DNA of 36,935 bases from a virus (lineage: Duplodnaviria > Caudoviricetes): positions 1 through 36,935 of IMG/VR virus record IMGVR_UViG_3300020414_002756; one strand, given 5' to 3'. Within the stretch, counting starts at the first letter, position 1; each line of letters starts with the position of its first letter. The translations under genes were made by a program, and so were the position numbers. Positions 27,701 to 35,567 of this stretch are shown here, piece by piece. A model generated the notes under the pieces. That model was not told the origin of the DNA. It ran no database searches and was given only the letters and a program-made list of their open reading frames with translations.

Positions 27701-30700
27701 TCCCTGTGAGGCTAATTCTGAAATAGATGGTGCCTGTTTTTGAGATGAGCCCATTATACCAAAAGCTTTACGAAGGCCTTCTGCGACTGTATTAGAACCA
27801 GTCAACCCTATATCTTTTAAATTCTGTTGTGAAAGCTTAGTCGAAGAAAGTCTAGACGTCAACTCTTCTCCTTGAGCTATACTTAGAAAACCTTGAGACA
27901 TGGATTGTTTTTGAGTTTTAATTCTCTCTTCTTTTTCTTTTTTTATAGCTTCTTTGCTTTCGTTTAAAGCTCCGATCCAGCCAGTTATAGCACCAACGGC
28001 ACCTCCTACGGCAATACCTAATGGACCAAGCATCATGCCCATCGAAGCTCCTGTTGCCGCACCTGTTAACGCCCCACCTGCAGCGTAGCCAAATCCTCCT
28101 TTGGCGGCCCCGCCTCCCTGCAAAAGTCCTGCGAGCATAGGAGCTCCTATCATTAAACCCATGCCCCCACCTCCAGCTAAAGACTTACCCACTCCTGTAC
28201 CCTCAAACCATTTGCTTGCTGCAGAATATTTTCCAACCAAACCACCTTGTCTTTTACCGCTTTTCTTAATCTCTTCTTCTCTTAAATTTATTGCGCTAGC
28301 TAATTGCTCTTCCTCTAACTCCAAACGCATTTGTGCATCATTTAATTGAATAGAGCCTCGCTCTAAGGATATGATTTGTTTTTTATAGTTGTTTACGTTT
28401 TTTCTTAACTCTTTTATTTCCTTATCTAAATATTTTACGTTTTCATTCTTTTTACCAAAGACGGATCCCATAAAATCCCCAACTGCATAATTAGGCACAA
28501 ATCCATTTGCACCAAACACATCGCGCAAACCATTTGGTTCATCATATGTATTGGTTACGCCGAGGCCGAGGGGGTTACCCTTGCTCATGAGTGCGCTGTG
28601 CGATCCTACGCGAATTTGTGAGACAGGAACACCGGCAGCTTTTTCGCGGCCTATTGCATCAGATAATGGATCGGCGAAGTTGGGAATAAAACCTGCCGCA
28701 GCGGTTTTTAAAAAAGTCTGTTTTCTACCAAACTCCTTTATAAGTTTATCATAAAAAGATTTTCTATTGCTGTTTGATGTAGAATTATTTTTGTAGTCAG
28801 CAAGCATCATATTAGCGCTAAACCCAGTAAATATCTTAGATAACTTTCCAGCGTCAGCTCTACCTCTCACATCGAAATCCCCTTGATTTTCTGCTGGAGA
28901 GTCAGCAGAGTAGCCTAAAGCAGCATTTACTGCGCTTTCAAAAATAGCTCCAGTCGCAGCACTCAAAGCTCCCTTTGTACCCTCCGCTTTCTTAAAAGCC
29001 GTGTCAAACTCAGCTCCAGTTATAGCATTACCACCAATAAGACTTGCTATACTGGTTGCATAACGTGCCCCAATTTTTTTTGAACTTCCAAATATTTCTG
29101 AATGCAGAGAATCTGGTCCATCTTTATCTTTAAGATTTAGCCTATATACAGGCCATATCAGTTTATTTTTCCCAGTTCCATATTTAGCGCTGCCGCCTCC
29201 CCTATCTTCGGGAGGGACAAGCATTGCGGCCTTGGCTTGAGCCAGAGCGTTTTGTATATATTTTTCATTTTTTAATTTCTTCTGGAACTCTGCAAAGCTT
29301 TTTGAGCCAGTTCCATATAAATCGCTAGTAGCACTAAAAATAGTTTTCTGCTCAGGAGCAACACCCTTCCCCCAGGCTCCCTCAAGTATTCTCTGATTAC
29401 TTGGATCGTTCCATTTTTTTCCACTTAATGCTACTTTTTCTAACGCTTGATACCTTAAAGTATTTAAATTTGCTCCAGCATAATTTGGTATATACCCACC
29501 TGCAGCATATGGATCGAATCCATGTATGTTACCAAATGCTTGTTGGTAGTTTTGCCCAGCTTTGCTGGATTGTGGGGGCATGATTGCGGGTTGTTTAAAG
29601 CCTGCGAAATTTTTGACTGTTTCTGCGCTGTTGTATATAACCGAGCCCTCGCCAGGCATATTCATTGTGCGAATACTTCCTGCGGCATATCCACCCCGTG
29701 CAGCTTGAGCGCGCTCTGGATCTGCATAATTAGGAATGTGTCCGTATGCCCGACGCCTACCTTGAGTCAATCCTGGACCATATCCCTTCGTATATAAAGT
29801 GCTTGCTAATTTTTGACTTACAGCATTTAATCTTTCTGCTTCCGCGGTCTGCATTTTAAGCAAGCCAAGCAATATTTTTTCTTTTTCAGTTCGAGAAATG
29901 TCGGTGCGTAACATCTCTTTTCCAAGAGCAGCGTTTTGACCAATGAGTGCAACCAAGCTTGTTTGAATCGCCTTTTGTTTTTGAGCTTCGCTTGTAACAC
30001 CAATCAAAGAACTTAAACTTTCTTTGGTGAATTTGGCTGCAGTCATAAACAACTTGACAAATACAGTTGTTAAAACCACCAAGCCTGGCCCAGTAATTAC
30101 ATTACCCAAACCTTTTAAAAATCCGTTTGCAAATTGATTTCCTGCGCTTTCTCCGTCGCCTAATATATCTGATGCGCCTTCTGCCAAACTTTTAACAGTA
30201 TTTAAAATCTTTTCCATTCCAGGAGCAAGCATCAATTCTCCGATTTGAACACTCAATTGTTTGATTGCATTACCTGTTTCTCCTGCCATTGCGGCCATAG
30301 TGTCACGTAACTGTTCATTTTTTTGTATAGCTTCGTCGGTAGCGTTCGCAGATATTTGAGTAGCATTTGCAAGTATACCATTTTGTTTTGCAGCGTCACT
30401 CAACACAGCTTTTAAAATATTGATATGAAACAATCCACCCATGGTTTGAGTGATTTGTGCTTTTTGAGCTTCACTAAGAGTATCAAATGTATTGGCTAGA
30501 TCAGACAGTATTCGCTTTGCGCCAATAGTATTTCCCTCGAGGTCACGAACTGCAATGCCTAAATTTTCGAGTTGATTGAGTGTGTCGGTACGACCTGTTT
30601 TTGTGAAAATAGTTTTCAACGCATTACCAATAACCGCACCACCACGAGCGGTTTGTTGCTGTGCCGAGGTAACAATACCAATCAGTTCATCGATATCAAC

Positions 30701-31366
30701 ACCTGCACTTTTTGCTGCCTGACCAGTACGCGAAATAGCAGCCGCGAAATCTTCTGCGCTTACCGCGAATTGAACATCAACCGCCGCAAACTTACTAACA
30801 AGCTGAGTAGTGTCTTTGATTTGATTGCCGTAAGTATTCATTGCAGCAGTCAATGACTTCACCGCTTCGGCCGAATCCATGCCAGTCAATCGAGTCAGAA
30901 CCAGAGCATCTCGAGTTCGTTTTAAAGTTTCTTCTACCGCCAAGCCTTGGCGAGCATATTCAGTAGCAGCGTCGGCAGCAACTCGGAATGCTGCACCAGT
31001 TTCCTTTGCAACCTTGAATAAACCATCACCAAATTGTTCAAGATTTTGATTGCTCAATCCCATCACCACATTGATATCGGCAAGAGATTTTTCTACCTGC
31101 ACAAGGTTGCGCACCATTCCTTTGAATGCATCTGCAACACCATTGATGATCGCCATACTAGCACCGAACGCCAAGATACGAGCATTCGCAGCTTCCATTG
31201 ATTTGCTGAACTCGTCAGCGGCGCGTTTCATGTTGCCCAGCGGCTGGGTCGCGCCCTTGTCATCAACTGTAATTTTGATGGGTTGTCGGCGAATTCTATT
31301 TATAGCCGCTTGTACCGCCGCTTCTAGCGGCTTGGTATTACCGTGTACGTCAAGATCTATCGCCAT
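24734..31366 (-). CDS. Tail tape measure protein (TP901-like core), 2210 aa
   Basis: The TP901-type core runs 'VADAATEYARQGL...ALVLTRLTGMD...AVSAEDFAAAISRTG...IGNALKTIFTK'. Long coiled coils and a Gly-zipper hydrophobic segment (about 27965-28170) follow. The C-terminal 'PAMLSEGEYVIRASS' motif is present twice. Confidence 0.95.
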   Translation of the reverse strand: MAIDLDVHGNTKPLEAAVQAAINRIRRQPIKITVDDKGATQPLGNMKRAADEFSKSMEAANARILAFGASMAIINGVADAFKGMVRNLVQVEKSLADINVVMGLSNQNLEQFGDGLFKVAKETGAAFRVAADAATEYARQGLAVEETLKRTRDALVLTRLTGMDSAEAVKSLTAAMNTYGNQIKDTTQLVSKFAAVDVQFAVSAEDFAAAISRTGQAAKSAGVDIDELIGIVTSAQQQTARGGAVIGNALKTIFTKTGRTDTLNQLENLGIAVRDLEGNTIGAKRILSDLANTFDTLSEAQKAQITQTMGGLFHINILKAVLSDAAKQNGILANATQISANATDEAIQKNEQLRDTMAAMAGETGNAIKQLSVQIGELMLAPGMEKILNTVKSLAEGASDILGDGESAGNQFANGFLKGLGNVITGPGLVVLTTVFVKLFMTAAKFTKESLSSLIGVTSEAQKQKAIQTSLVALIGQNAALGKEMLRTDISRTEKEKILLGLLKMQTAEAERLNAVSQKLASTLYTKGYGPGLTQGRRRAYGHIPNYADPERAQAARGGYAAGSIRTMNMPGEGSVIYNSAETVKNFAGFKQPAIMPPQSSKAGQNYQQAFGNIHGFDPYAAGGYIPNYAGANLNTLRYQALEKVALSGKKWNDPSNQRILEGAWGKGVAPEQKTIFSATSDLYGTGSKSFAEFQKKLKNEKYIQNALAQAKAAMLVPPEDRGGGSAKYGTGKNKLIWPVYRLNLKDKDGPDSLHSEIFGSSKKIGARYATSIASLIGGNAITGAEFDTAFKKAEGTKGALSAATGAIFESAVNAALGYSADSPAENQGDFDVRGRADAGKLSKIFTGFSANMMLADYKNNSTSNSNRKSFYDKLIKEFGRKQTFLKTAAAGFIPNFADPLSDAIGREKAAGVPVSQIRVGSHSALMSKGNPLGLGVTNTYDEPNGLRDVFGANGFVPNYAVGDFMGSVFGKKNENVKYLDKEIKELRKNVNNYKKQIISLERGSIQLNDAQMRLELEEEQLASAINLREEEIKKSGKRQGGLVGKYSAASKWFEGTGVGKSLAGGGGMGLMIGAPMLAGLLQGGGAAKGGFGYAAGGALTGAATGASMGMMLGPLGIAVGGAVGAITGWIGALNESKEAIKKEKEERIKTQKQSMSQGFLSIAQGEELTSRLSSTKLSQQNLKDIGLTGSNTVAEGLRKAFGIMGSSQKQAPSISELASQGKSVDQGLEDYFLKPQRGTKYLTEEQTAQSMAALQKQARHYSSRQGYKEGMNIDELATFLYKQTGPLGALNKTIENIKKSQQFQKQAKTQIGAGPQQVGASKEVRNKLIDYLIENEKGPFSFNFGEGKGGLVDNLSKEKYSKILKGQKIKIGEQEFQADEAAIQANLSEEITRIEKEYLDKKTAQKNAIILQLNLQKAQIQAQKAASDAQFNIKSKFLEQSSLLDTQEKLMGGLMTEQQKAQMKYNKSLLKASEAYESGAAKAESELKIGIMQDIGQNVSLQDALKRELFKDEDPSGKSLMDLTSKMASMEYKELEKILMRIGLSDQKANEILTNRGLIYDNQLDTLKKQQNLTKEQASNELKINQILADRKQLIADLERDKRMSAEDVRSSQKIRGIDARVASAKRLAGIGPSYQTREQQEAFQIGEKRFAMEEKIKTLEENRTQALKDQELEKAKIEPTDQAEARLKELKTMQEAFGANPFDMQEMQSLQKSIDERSKKLEEIEQRTKNINAETDKEIAAEKELLAIEEKRLKAIRERQTGPGAFRNGISDGMAKVREQVEYMDYELAEKIPGAFADGLATAMSEGLSGAKDIGDALRDAGISFLQMIQKAMMQKAASNIVAMLPFSRGGNVRRYSQGGGVPAMVSNGEYIMGRDAVNKYGGAFMHGLNAGGRIPGFSNGGKLEGFQYKSGRAYQSKKMTGAFYGRGENVGLKEDASQIEGALQEKRRKEEEAVQKAKEAAARRNARVNQIISLIGSVAMAGITTGMMNKFGPQAPKLLAKAGVSSGQVESLMKSQNLSRMDASQLLINAKKGLPSAVARMNNINTGKGAGYTNWVNPTRPDENYYGGPIRKYASGGYISGAPGIDQIPAMLSEGEYVIRASSARQLGRPMLDRINAGKFNDGGPIEKVADNSETSGSGGNTNNINISVNIEGGSVKGESKSSDRGGVDVAAGSANQEGSLALADKIKQQVLSVIVEEQRPGGLLSE
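28484..29749 (-). repeat. Four peptide-level repeats G-[HYF]-[IV]-P-N-[YF]-A inside the tape measure
   Basis: The copies are AYGHIPNYA (about 29723-29749), AAGGYIPNYA (about 29478-29506), AAAGFIPNFA (about 28673-28702) and ANGFVPNYA (about 28484-28510). Confidence 0.85.
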
Positions 31367-31400
31367 ATTACCTTATTCCTTGTTCAAGGTAATAATACAC
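31366..31400 (-). promoter_or_regulatory. Tape-measure leader: GTGTA motif and RBS-sequestering hairpin
   Basis: The sense strand reads GTGTA-T-TATTACCTT-GAACAAGGAAT-AAGGTAATA-TG. A perfect 9-bp inverted repeat spans 31366-31374 and 31386-31394. Confidence 0.55.
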
Positions 31401-31406
31401 TAAATT

Positions 31407-32393
31407 TTAAGTCACACCATGCAATTTCATCAAATCTTCCATATTTAATGTTCCGCCTTTTTTCTTTGCCTCTTCATGTAGACTCACTGAACCAGATGGT
31501 TTTTTGACTCCGAGACGCTCGTAATCTTCTTTTTTGGCACCTACGATTGTGCCGCCATCTCCTTTGTCTAGCTTGTCTTTTGCTTTGTCGCGCTCTTCTT
31601 TTGAGCTGCTACCAAACTCAATCAATTTCGCGGGATCTTTGCGTATCGATTCTGGAATATTTTCATTGTTATCAAATATATTTTTAAATACTCTAGTATA
31701 TACTATTAATCTAATTTGATTGTATGTCAATTCACAAAATGGTTTTCCATAGAATTGCATGCTATCTTCTGCGAATCCAAGATACGGATGATAAAAATCT
31801 TCGAGTATTGTATATTGTATACCTTCTTCGCTGAAACTTTCGAATAGTTCATTGTATTTTAATACTACTTTTTTTATGTCGTGGCTTTCGAGCTCGTCGT
31901 ATTCGTCTTGCGTAAACAATTGCTCGGTCAGCTCTTGGTTTTTATAAAAAGATTTGATGATATAAAAATCATTCAATCTATCTTTCGCGTATCGTTCGCA
32001 TGTGTTACCAACAAGTTGTATTTTTTGTGCGGTTTTTTCGTTGAGTAGTTTCGTTTCTTTGGAGATGATACTTTTTTGTCGTTCGACATCTGCTTTGAGT
32101 ATCAGTTTGTTTAATGTTGTTTTTAAATTTTCAAGATAAAGAGTTTTCTCGGTGATTACTTTTTCGTCGGCATCTGTCCATTGACCCTCTTCTTTTAGAT
32201 ACGCAAGCATTTCTGCTTCTGTGGGCACGCCTCTACGTTGCGCGCTTTGATAATACTTTTCCTCGATCTCTTCGAGTTCCACCTGATCGTGCGGGGTCAG
32301 GTGTTTGATGTATACAAATTCGCCGTCTAGAAGCGTTGTGGTATAGCCGCGAACAACGTCTCTAAAGATTCGTCTGCGCCTCGTGGTTTCCAC
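31407..32393 (-). CDS. Tail assembly chaperone, long form (G-like paralogue with C-terminal extension), GTG start
   Basis: It lies directly upstream of the tape measure, contains the TAC-like 'VYIKHLTPHDQVELEE', and aligns by eye with the neighbouring gene. Confidence 0.6.
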   Translation of the reverse strand: METTRRRRIFRDVVRGYTTTLLDGEFVYIKHLTPHDQVELEEIEEKYYQSAQRRGVPTEAEMLAYLKEEGQWTDADEKVITEKTLYLENLKTTLNKLILKADVERQKSIISKETKLLNEKTAQKIQLVGNTCERYAKDRLNDFYIIKSFYKNQELTEQLFTQDEYDELESHDIKKVVLKYNELFESFSEEGIQYTILEDFYHPYLGFAEDSMQFYGKPFCELTYNQIRLIVYTRVFKNIFDNNENIPESIRKDPAKLIEFGSSSKEERDKAKDKLDKGDGGTIVGAKKEDYERLGVKKPSGSVSLHEEAKKKGGTLNMEDLMKLHGVT

Positions 32394-32396
32394 GCA

Positions 32397-33218
32397 TTAT
32401 ACTTTTCCTTCTTCGATGTCGCGGTCAAGCTTTTCGAAGTCGTCGCGCAGAACTGCTCCACTACTATAGTACCAAAAACTATACAGCGCCGCAATCTTTC
32501 CACCAACAATATCATACAATTCATCACCTTCTTCTTCCATCTCGTAATAACCCTGCAACTTTTGCTCGAAATCATTTCCTTCAAACATAGGAGTTGTTTT
32601 TTCTTCGTCTCCTTTTTGCAAGAATGTAAGATTAAGAATATACCACTGTATCACTTTATTTTCAGCTCGTACATCAGCAGTATGATTAAATAAATTAGAA
32701 TAGGATGTTTCAACATTGATAATGTCTTTGCGCAACTCGGCGATTTCGCCAGTAATTTCTTTGAGTCGCGCAAGATCCTCTTCGGTTTGATCGCTCTTTA
32801 AATTTTTGCGCTCGCTTTCTTGAGACAGTTCGCCATACTTGACATACATTTTGGTGAGAGCTTTTGCATCTTCCTCGGCGAGCAATCCGCCAGTGTCGCT
32901 GTATTTTTTCGCAAGCATTGCTTTGGTGAGAATACCTTTCTTGATGCACTGACTCATCTCAACACTAAACTCAAGCTCGGCTTCTTCGATCTGACGTCGA
33001 GTTGGTTGCTTCATGATCACACGATACGGTGTCTTTTCGCTCACCTCTTTGGTGACTGACACCTCTTCTTCTTCGCCAGTCTCAGGATTTTTGACCTTGC
33101 TGGTTTCGGTGCGTTTTACTTTCTCTTCTTTCTCAAAGATAAAGCTGTAAATTTCACGCATTTTTTTGCGCGTATCATCCATTGTTGGAAGCGGTTGTTC
33201 TAATGTTGTTTCTGCCAT
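32397..33218 (-). CDS. Tail assembly chaperone (G-like)
   Basis: It is acidic and helical, with the TAC-like 'RVIMKQPTRRQIEEAE', and sits two genes upstream of the tape measure. Confidence 0.6.
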   Translation of the reverse strand: MAETTLEQPLPTMDDTRKKMREIYSFIFEKEEKVKRTETSKVKNPETGEEEEVSVTKEVSEKTPYRVIMKQPTRRQIEEAELEFSVEMSQCIKKGILTKAMLAKKYSDTGGLLAEEDAKALTKMYVKYGELSQESERKNLKSDQTEEDLARLKEITGEIAELRKDIINVETSYSNLFNHTADVRAENKVIQWYILNLTFLQKGDEEKTTPMFEGNDFEQKLQGYYEMEEEGDELYDIVGGKIAALYSFWYYSSGAVLRDDFEKLDRDIEEGKV

Positions 33219-33220
33219 GA

Positions 33221-33508
33221 CTATTTAAATGTAAAACCTATAATATAATTATCTATTTCTCCCTCGATATTTCTAATTGTTTCGTTACCAATATCTAGAG
33301 TACGCTTGCGAAGATGTTGTAATTTGTCTTCGTCAAAGTAGTCGGCTTGATCGATCAGAGGCACACACCCTTCGGGTAAATTTTGCCTCAGCTTGTTGAA
33401 ATGAATTTCATGCTCCTTATGGAGATCTTCCAACATCATAAGAAATCCCTTAAAAAGAGACACCGTGTTCCGTTGGCAGCATTTTCTAAAAATGTCCTCT
33501 GCGTTCAT
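33221..33508 (-). CDS. Hypothetical helical protein, first gene of the leftward tail operon
   Basis: This is a 95-aa ORF from ATG 33508, preceded by AAGGTATAAGGTAT. The track's GTG at 33538 is part of the upstream GTGTA motif. Confidence 0.7.
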   Translation of the reverse strand: MNAEDIFRKCCQRNTVSLFKGFLMMLEDLHKEHEIHFNKLRQNLPEGCVPLIDQADYFDEDKLQHLRKRTLDIGNETIRNIEGEIDNYIIGFTFK

Positions 33509-33567
33509 ATATACCTTATACCTTACAATCAAGTACACAAAAAATTTTCTTTAGTGTAAAACTATAT
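33509..33567. promoter_or_regulatory. Divergent promoter region with back-to-back GTGTA motifs
   Basis: TACAC (33534-33538) and GTGTA (33554-33558) flank a 15-bp A/T-rich spacer between the two divergent operons. Confidence 0.55.
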
Positions 33568-34047
33568 ATGGCTGAATTTTTATCATCTTCTCAACGCGCC
33601 AGCATTGCTGCTAATCTACTTGATCTTCACGATACATTTGGACGAGAAATAATTGTATACAAAGAAGCACAAAAAGTAATCATCAGCACCGATCCAAACT
33701 ATAACTATTTATATAAAAACGCAGGAGCACAAAATCAAAGCGTACAAAATGTACCCGTCAAAAAAGTATTCAAAGCAAGAATTCGATACGATACCGATCG
33801 CAGTCTAGAATATTTTGGCGAAACAGACACTCAAGTAAAAGTCAATCGAGTTGATCCAAACAGTATGGTGCGCGTCAAATTAAAAATAGAAGATTATGAA
33901 TATATAAAAGACGCAAAACGCGTCGAACTTGATGGCAGAATGTTTCATGTTGAGTCGGATCCACGACCACACGGACTGTTTGATGTAATTCAATTTGTTA
34001 CTCTATTTTTACGTCCAATCGAAGCAAATGCCAAATCGACTCAATAG
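33568..34047 (+). CDS. Putative head-closure / head-tail joining protein
   Basis: Small beta-rich protein with 'HDTFGREIIVYK...VFKARIRY...RVELDGRMFHVESDP...FVTLFLRP'. It is the first gene of a neck-to-tube cluster. Confidence 0.55.
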   Translation: MAEFLSSSQRASIAANLLDLHDTFGREIIVYKEAQKVIISTDPNYNYLYKNAGAQNQSVQNVPVKKVFKARIRYDTDRSLEYFGETDTQVKVNRVDPNSMVRVKLKIEDYEYIKDAKRVELDGRMFHVESDPRPHGLFDVIQFVTLFLRPIEANAKSTQ

Positions 34048-34651
34048 ATCTGTTAAAACCGCGATTCACAAACAACTGATCGGAAATAAACAACTGATCA
34101 ATCAAACGCGTCTATTAATAGAAAAACAATTCAAAACTATTCACACAAAATTTATGGCCGACTTTGAGTCGCATCCTGTGACTCGCGAGCTTCGCGGCGG
34201 ACCCGACGCATCCAATCACTCAAATTCACTTCCTCAAGGAAATCTATTTGGATTCATTGGTTTCAACGCAGGAACAGATCCAATTGCTGATATTGAAGTT
34301 ATGCTGCGACGAACAGATATCATAATAAAAAACAGAAAAATGGGACAATTTGGATTTGTGTGGACATACGTAGTAAATAGCCCATCATTACAAGATTTAT
34401 ATTCTGTCACCCCAATGCCGTGGGCCAGCGGAGCAAGCTGGTTGCGCGAGCTTGAAGGTCGAGGTATACCTAACCTTGGACAATACATGTACAAGCGCTC
34501 CTCGTCGAGTAGATCGGGTGCTGGAGTACAAAATCAAAACAGAAGTGGTGGAGGACGTGTAAGAGTATCATACGTTAAACAATTATTAAAAGAATTCGAA
34601 CAAAATTTAAACGCAATCCAAGCATCACGAGTATCACGAGCATATTTCTAA
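34028..34651 (+). CDS. Putative neck / tail-completion protein (gpZ / HK97 gp10 position)
   Basis: Basic protein located between the closure-like and terminator-like genes. ATG 34028 (MPNRL) overlaps the previous gene. The function is inferred from synteny only. Confidence 0.4.
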   Translation: MPNRLNRSVKTAIHKQLIGNKQLINQTRLLIEKQFKTIHTKFMADFESHPVTRELRGGPDASNHSNSLPQGNLFGFIGFNAGTDPIADIEVMLRRTDIIIKNRKMGQFGFVWTYVVNSPSLQDLYSVTPMPWASGASWLRELEGRGIPNLGQYMYKRSSSSRSGAGVQNQNRSGGGRVRVSYVKQLLKEFEQNLNAIQASRVSRAYF

Positions 34652-34652
34652 A

Positions 34653-35504
34653 ATGAAACCTCAGTTCCAACACGAATTAACAACAAGCTTTATGTTATGG
34701 GCAGACAATTTTGTGTGCAACAAAGCAGAAGCGTTTCAAAATTATGTGTCGCCGCTTTACCCAATGGGTACCGACGATCAACTCGGCTCAGGATTTGTTA
34801 CATATAGTAGTCCACACAAGCAATGGGTATTCGATGATAGTGTCGATGGTGCGCAGATTCCAAGCGGTATTTATAATAATGGAACATTCATGAACCGCGG
34901 AGATGATGGACTGATCATTGATTTTGATGATGGACGAGTTATACTCGACGCATCCTTTGGCGATAGCAATACCACCTTGAGCGGCGAATACTCGGTCAAA
35001 GAATTCAATTGGTATATCACAAACCAAACCGAAGAGCAGTTGATTGTGGACAGCAAATTCGATTCTAATGGAAGGTTCAAACAGGAGCTTTCTGGGATTG
35101 CTCCTCATGCGCAGGTTGTACCTGCTATATTCGTCAACCCAGAAGTTGTTGAGAACGAGCCATTTGCGTTTGGCGGAGAAGATAAAACCACGACCAACAT
35201 TCGATGCGTAGTTTTCGCAGAAAATAGTTATCAACTCGATGGCGCATTGAGCGTTTTCGCGGATTCTAAAAATGAAGTATTTGGTAAATTAAAATATTCA
35301 GATTATCCGCTCACCGAATACGGCGACATTACTGGATCATACAATTATATGCAATTTGTAGCAAGCGAACCGCGCTCGCTTTTTCACGTCGAAGAAGTGC
35401 GCGTATCCAAACTTAGTGACCGTGTAAGCAAGAACATCGATCCATCACTTTTTGTTGGATTCGTAGACTTCGAAATAACCAATCTACGATTTCCCAGAAC
35501 ATAA
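34653..35504 (+). CDS. Putative tail terminator / virion structural protein
   Basis: It is immediately upstream of the tube. 'VPAIFVNPEVVENEPFAFGGED...IRCVVFAENSYQLDGALSVF...FVGFVDFEI' has a gpU/gp17-like alpha/beta pattern. Confidence 0.5.
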   Translation: MKPQFQHELTTSFMLWADNFVCNKAEAFQNYVSPLYPMGTDDQLGSGFVTYSSPHKQWVFDDSVDGAQIPSGIYNNGTFMNRGDDGLIIDFDDGRVILDASFGDSNTTLSGEYSVKEFNWYITNQTEEQLIVDSKFDSNGRFKQELSGIAPHAQVVPAIFVNPEVVENEPFAFGGEDKTTTNIRCVVFAENSYQLDGALSVFADSKNEVFGKLKYSDYPLTEYGDITGSYNYMQFVASEPRSLFHVEEVRVSKLSDRVSKNIDPSLFVGFVDFEITNLRFPRT

Positions 35505-35567
35505 ACTTCCCTTTACAAAATAAAAAATGTAAATACAATAGAAATTTAAATTCACCTTTTATATATT

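Noticed and set aside
27965-28170. Gly-zipper hydrophobic stretch as a separate toxin or bacteriocin
   Set aside because: It is in frame within the tape measure, and such membrane-interacting segments are ordinary in TMPs.
32394-32412. Lambda-like slippery site GGAAAAG at the end of the G-like chaperone
   Set aside because: The downstream gene is in the same frame. The -1 frame stops after about 13 codons and the +1 frame (ORF 32327..32584) stops at 32327, so no G-T fusion results.
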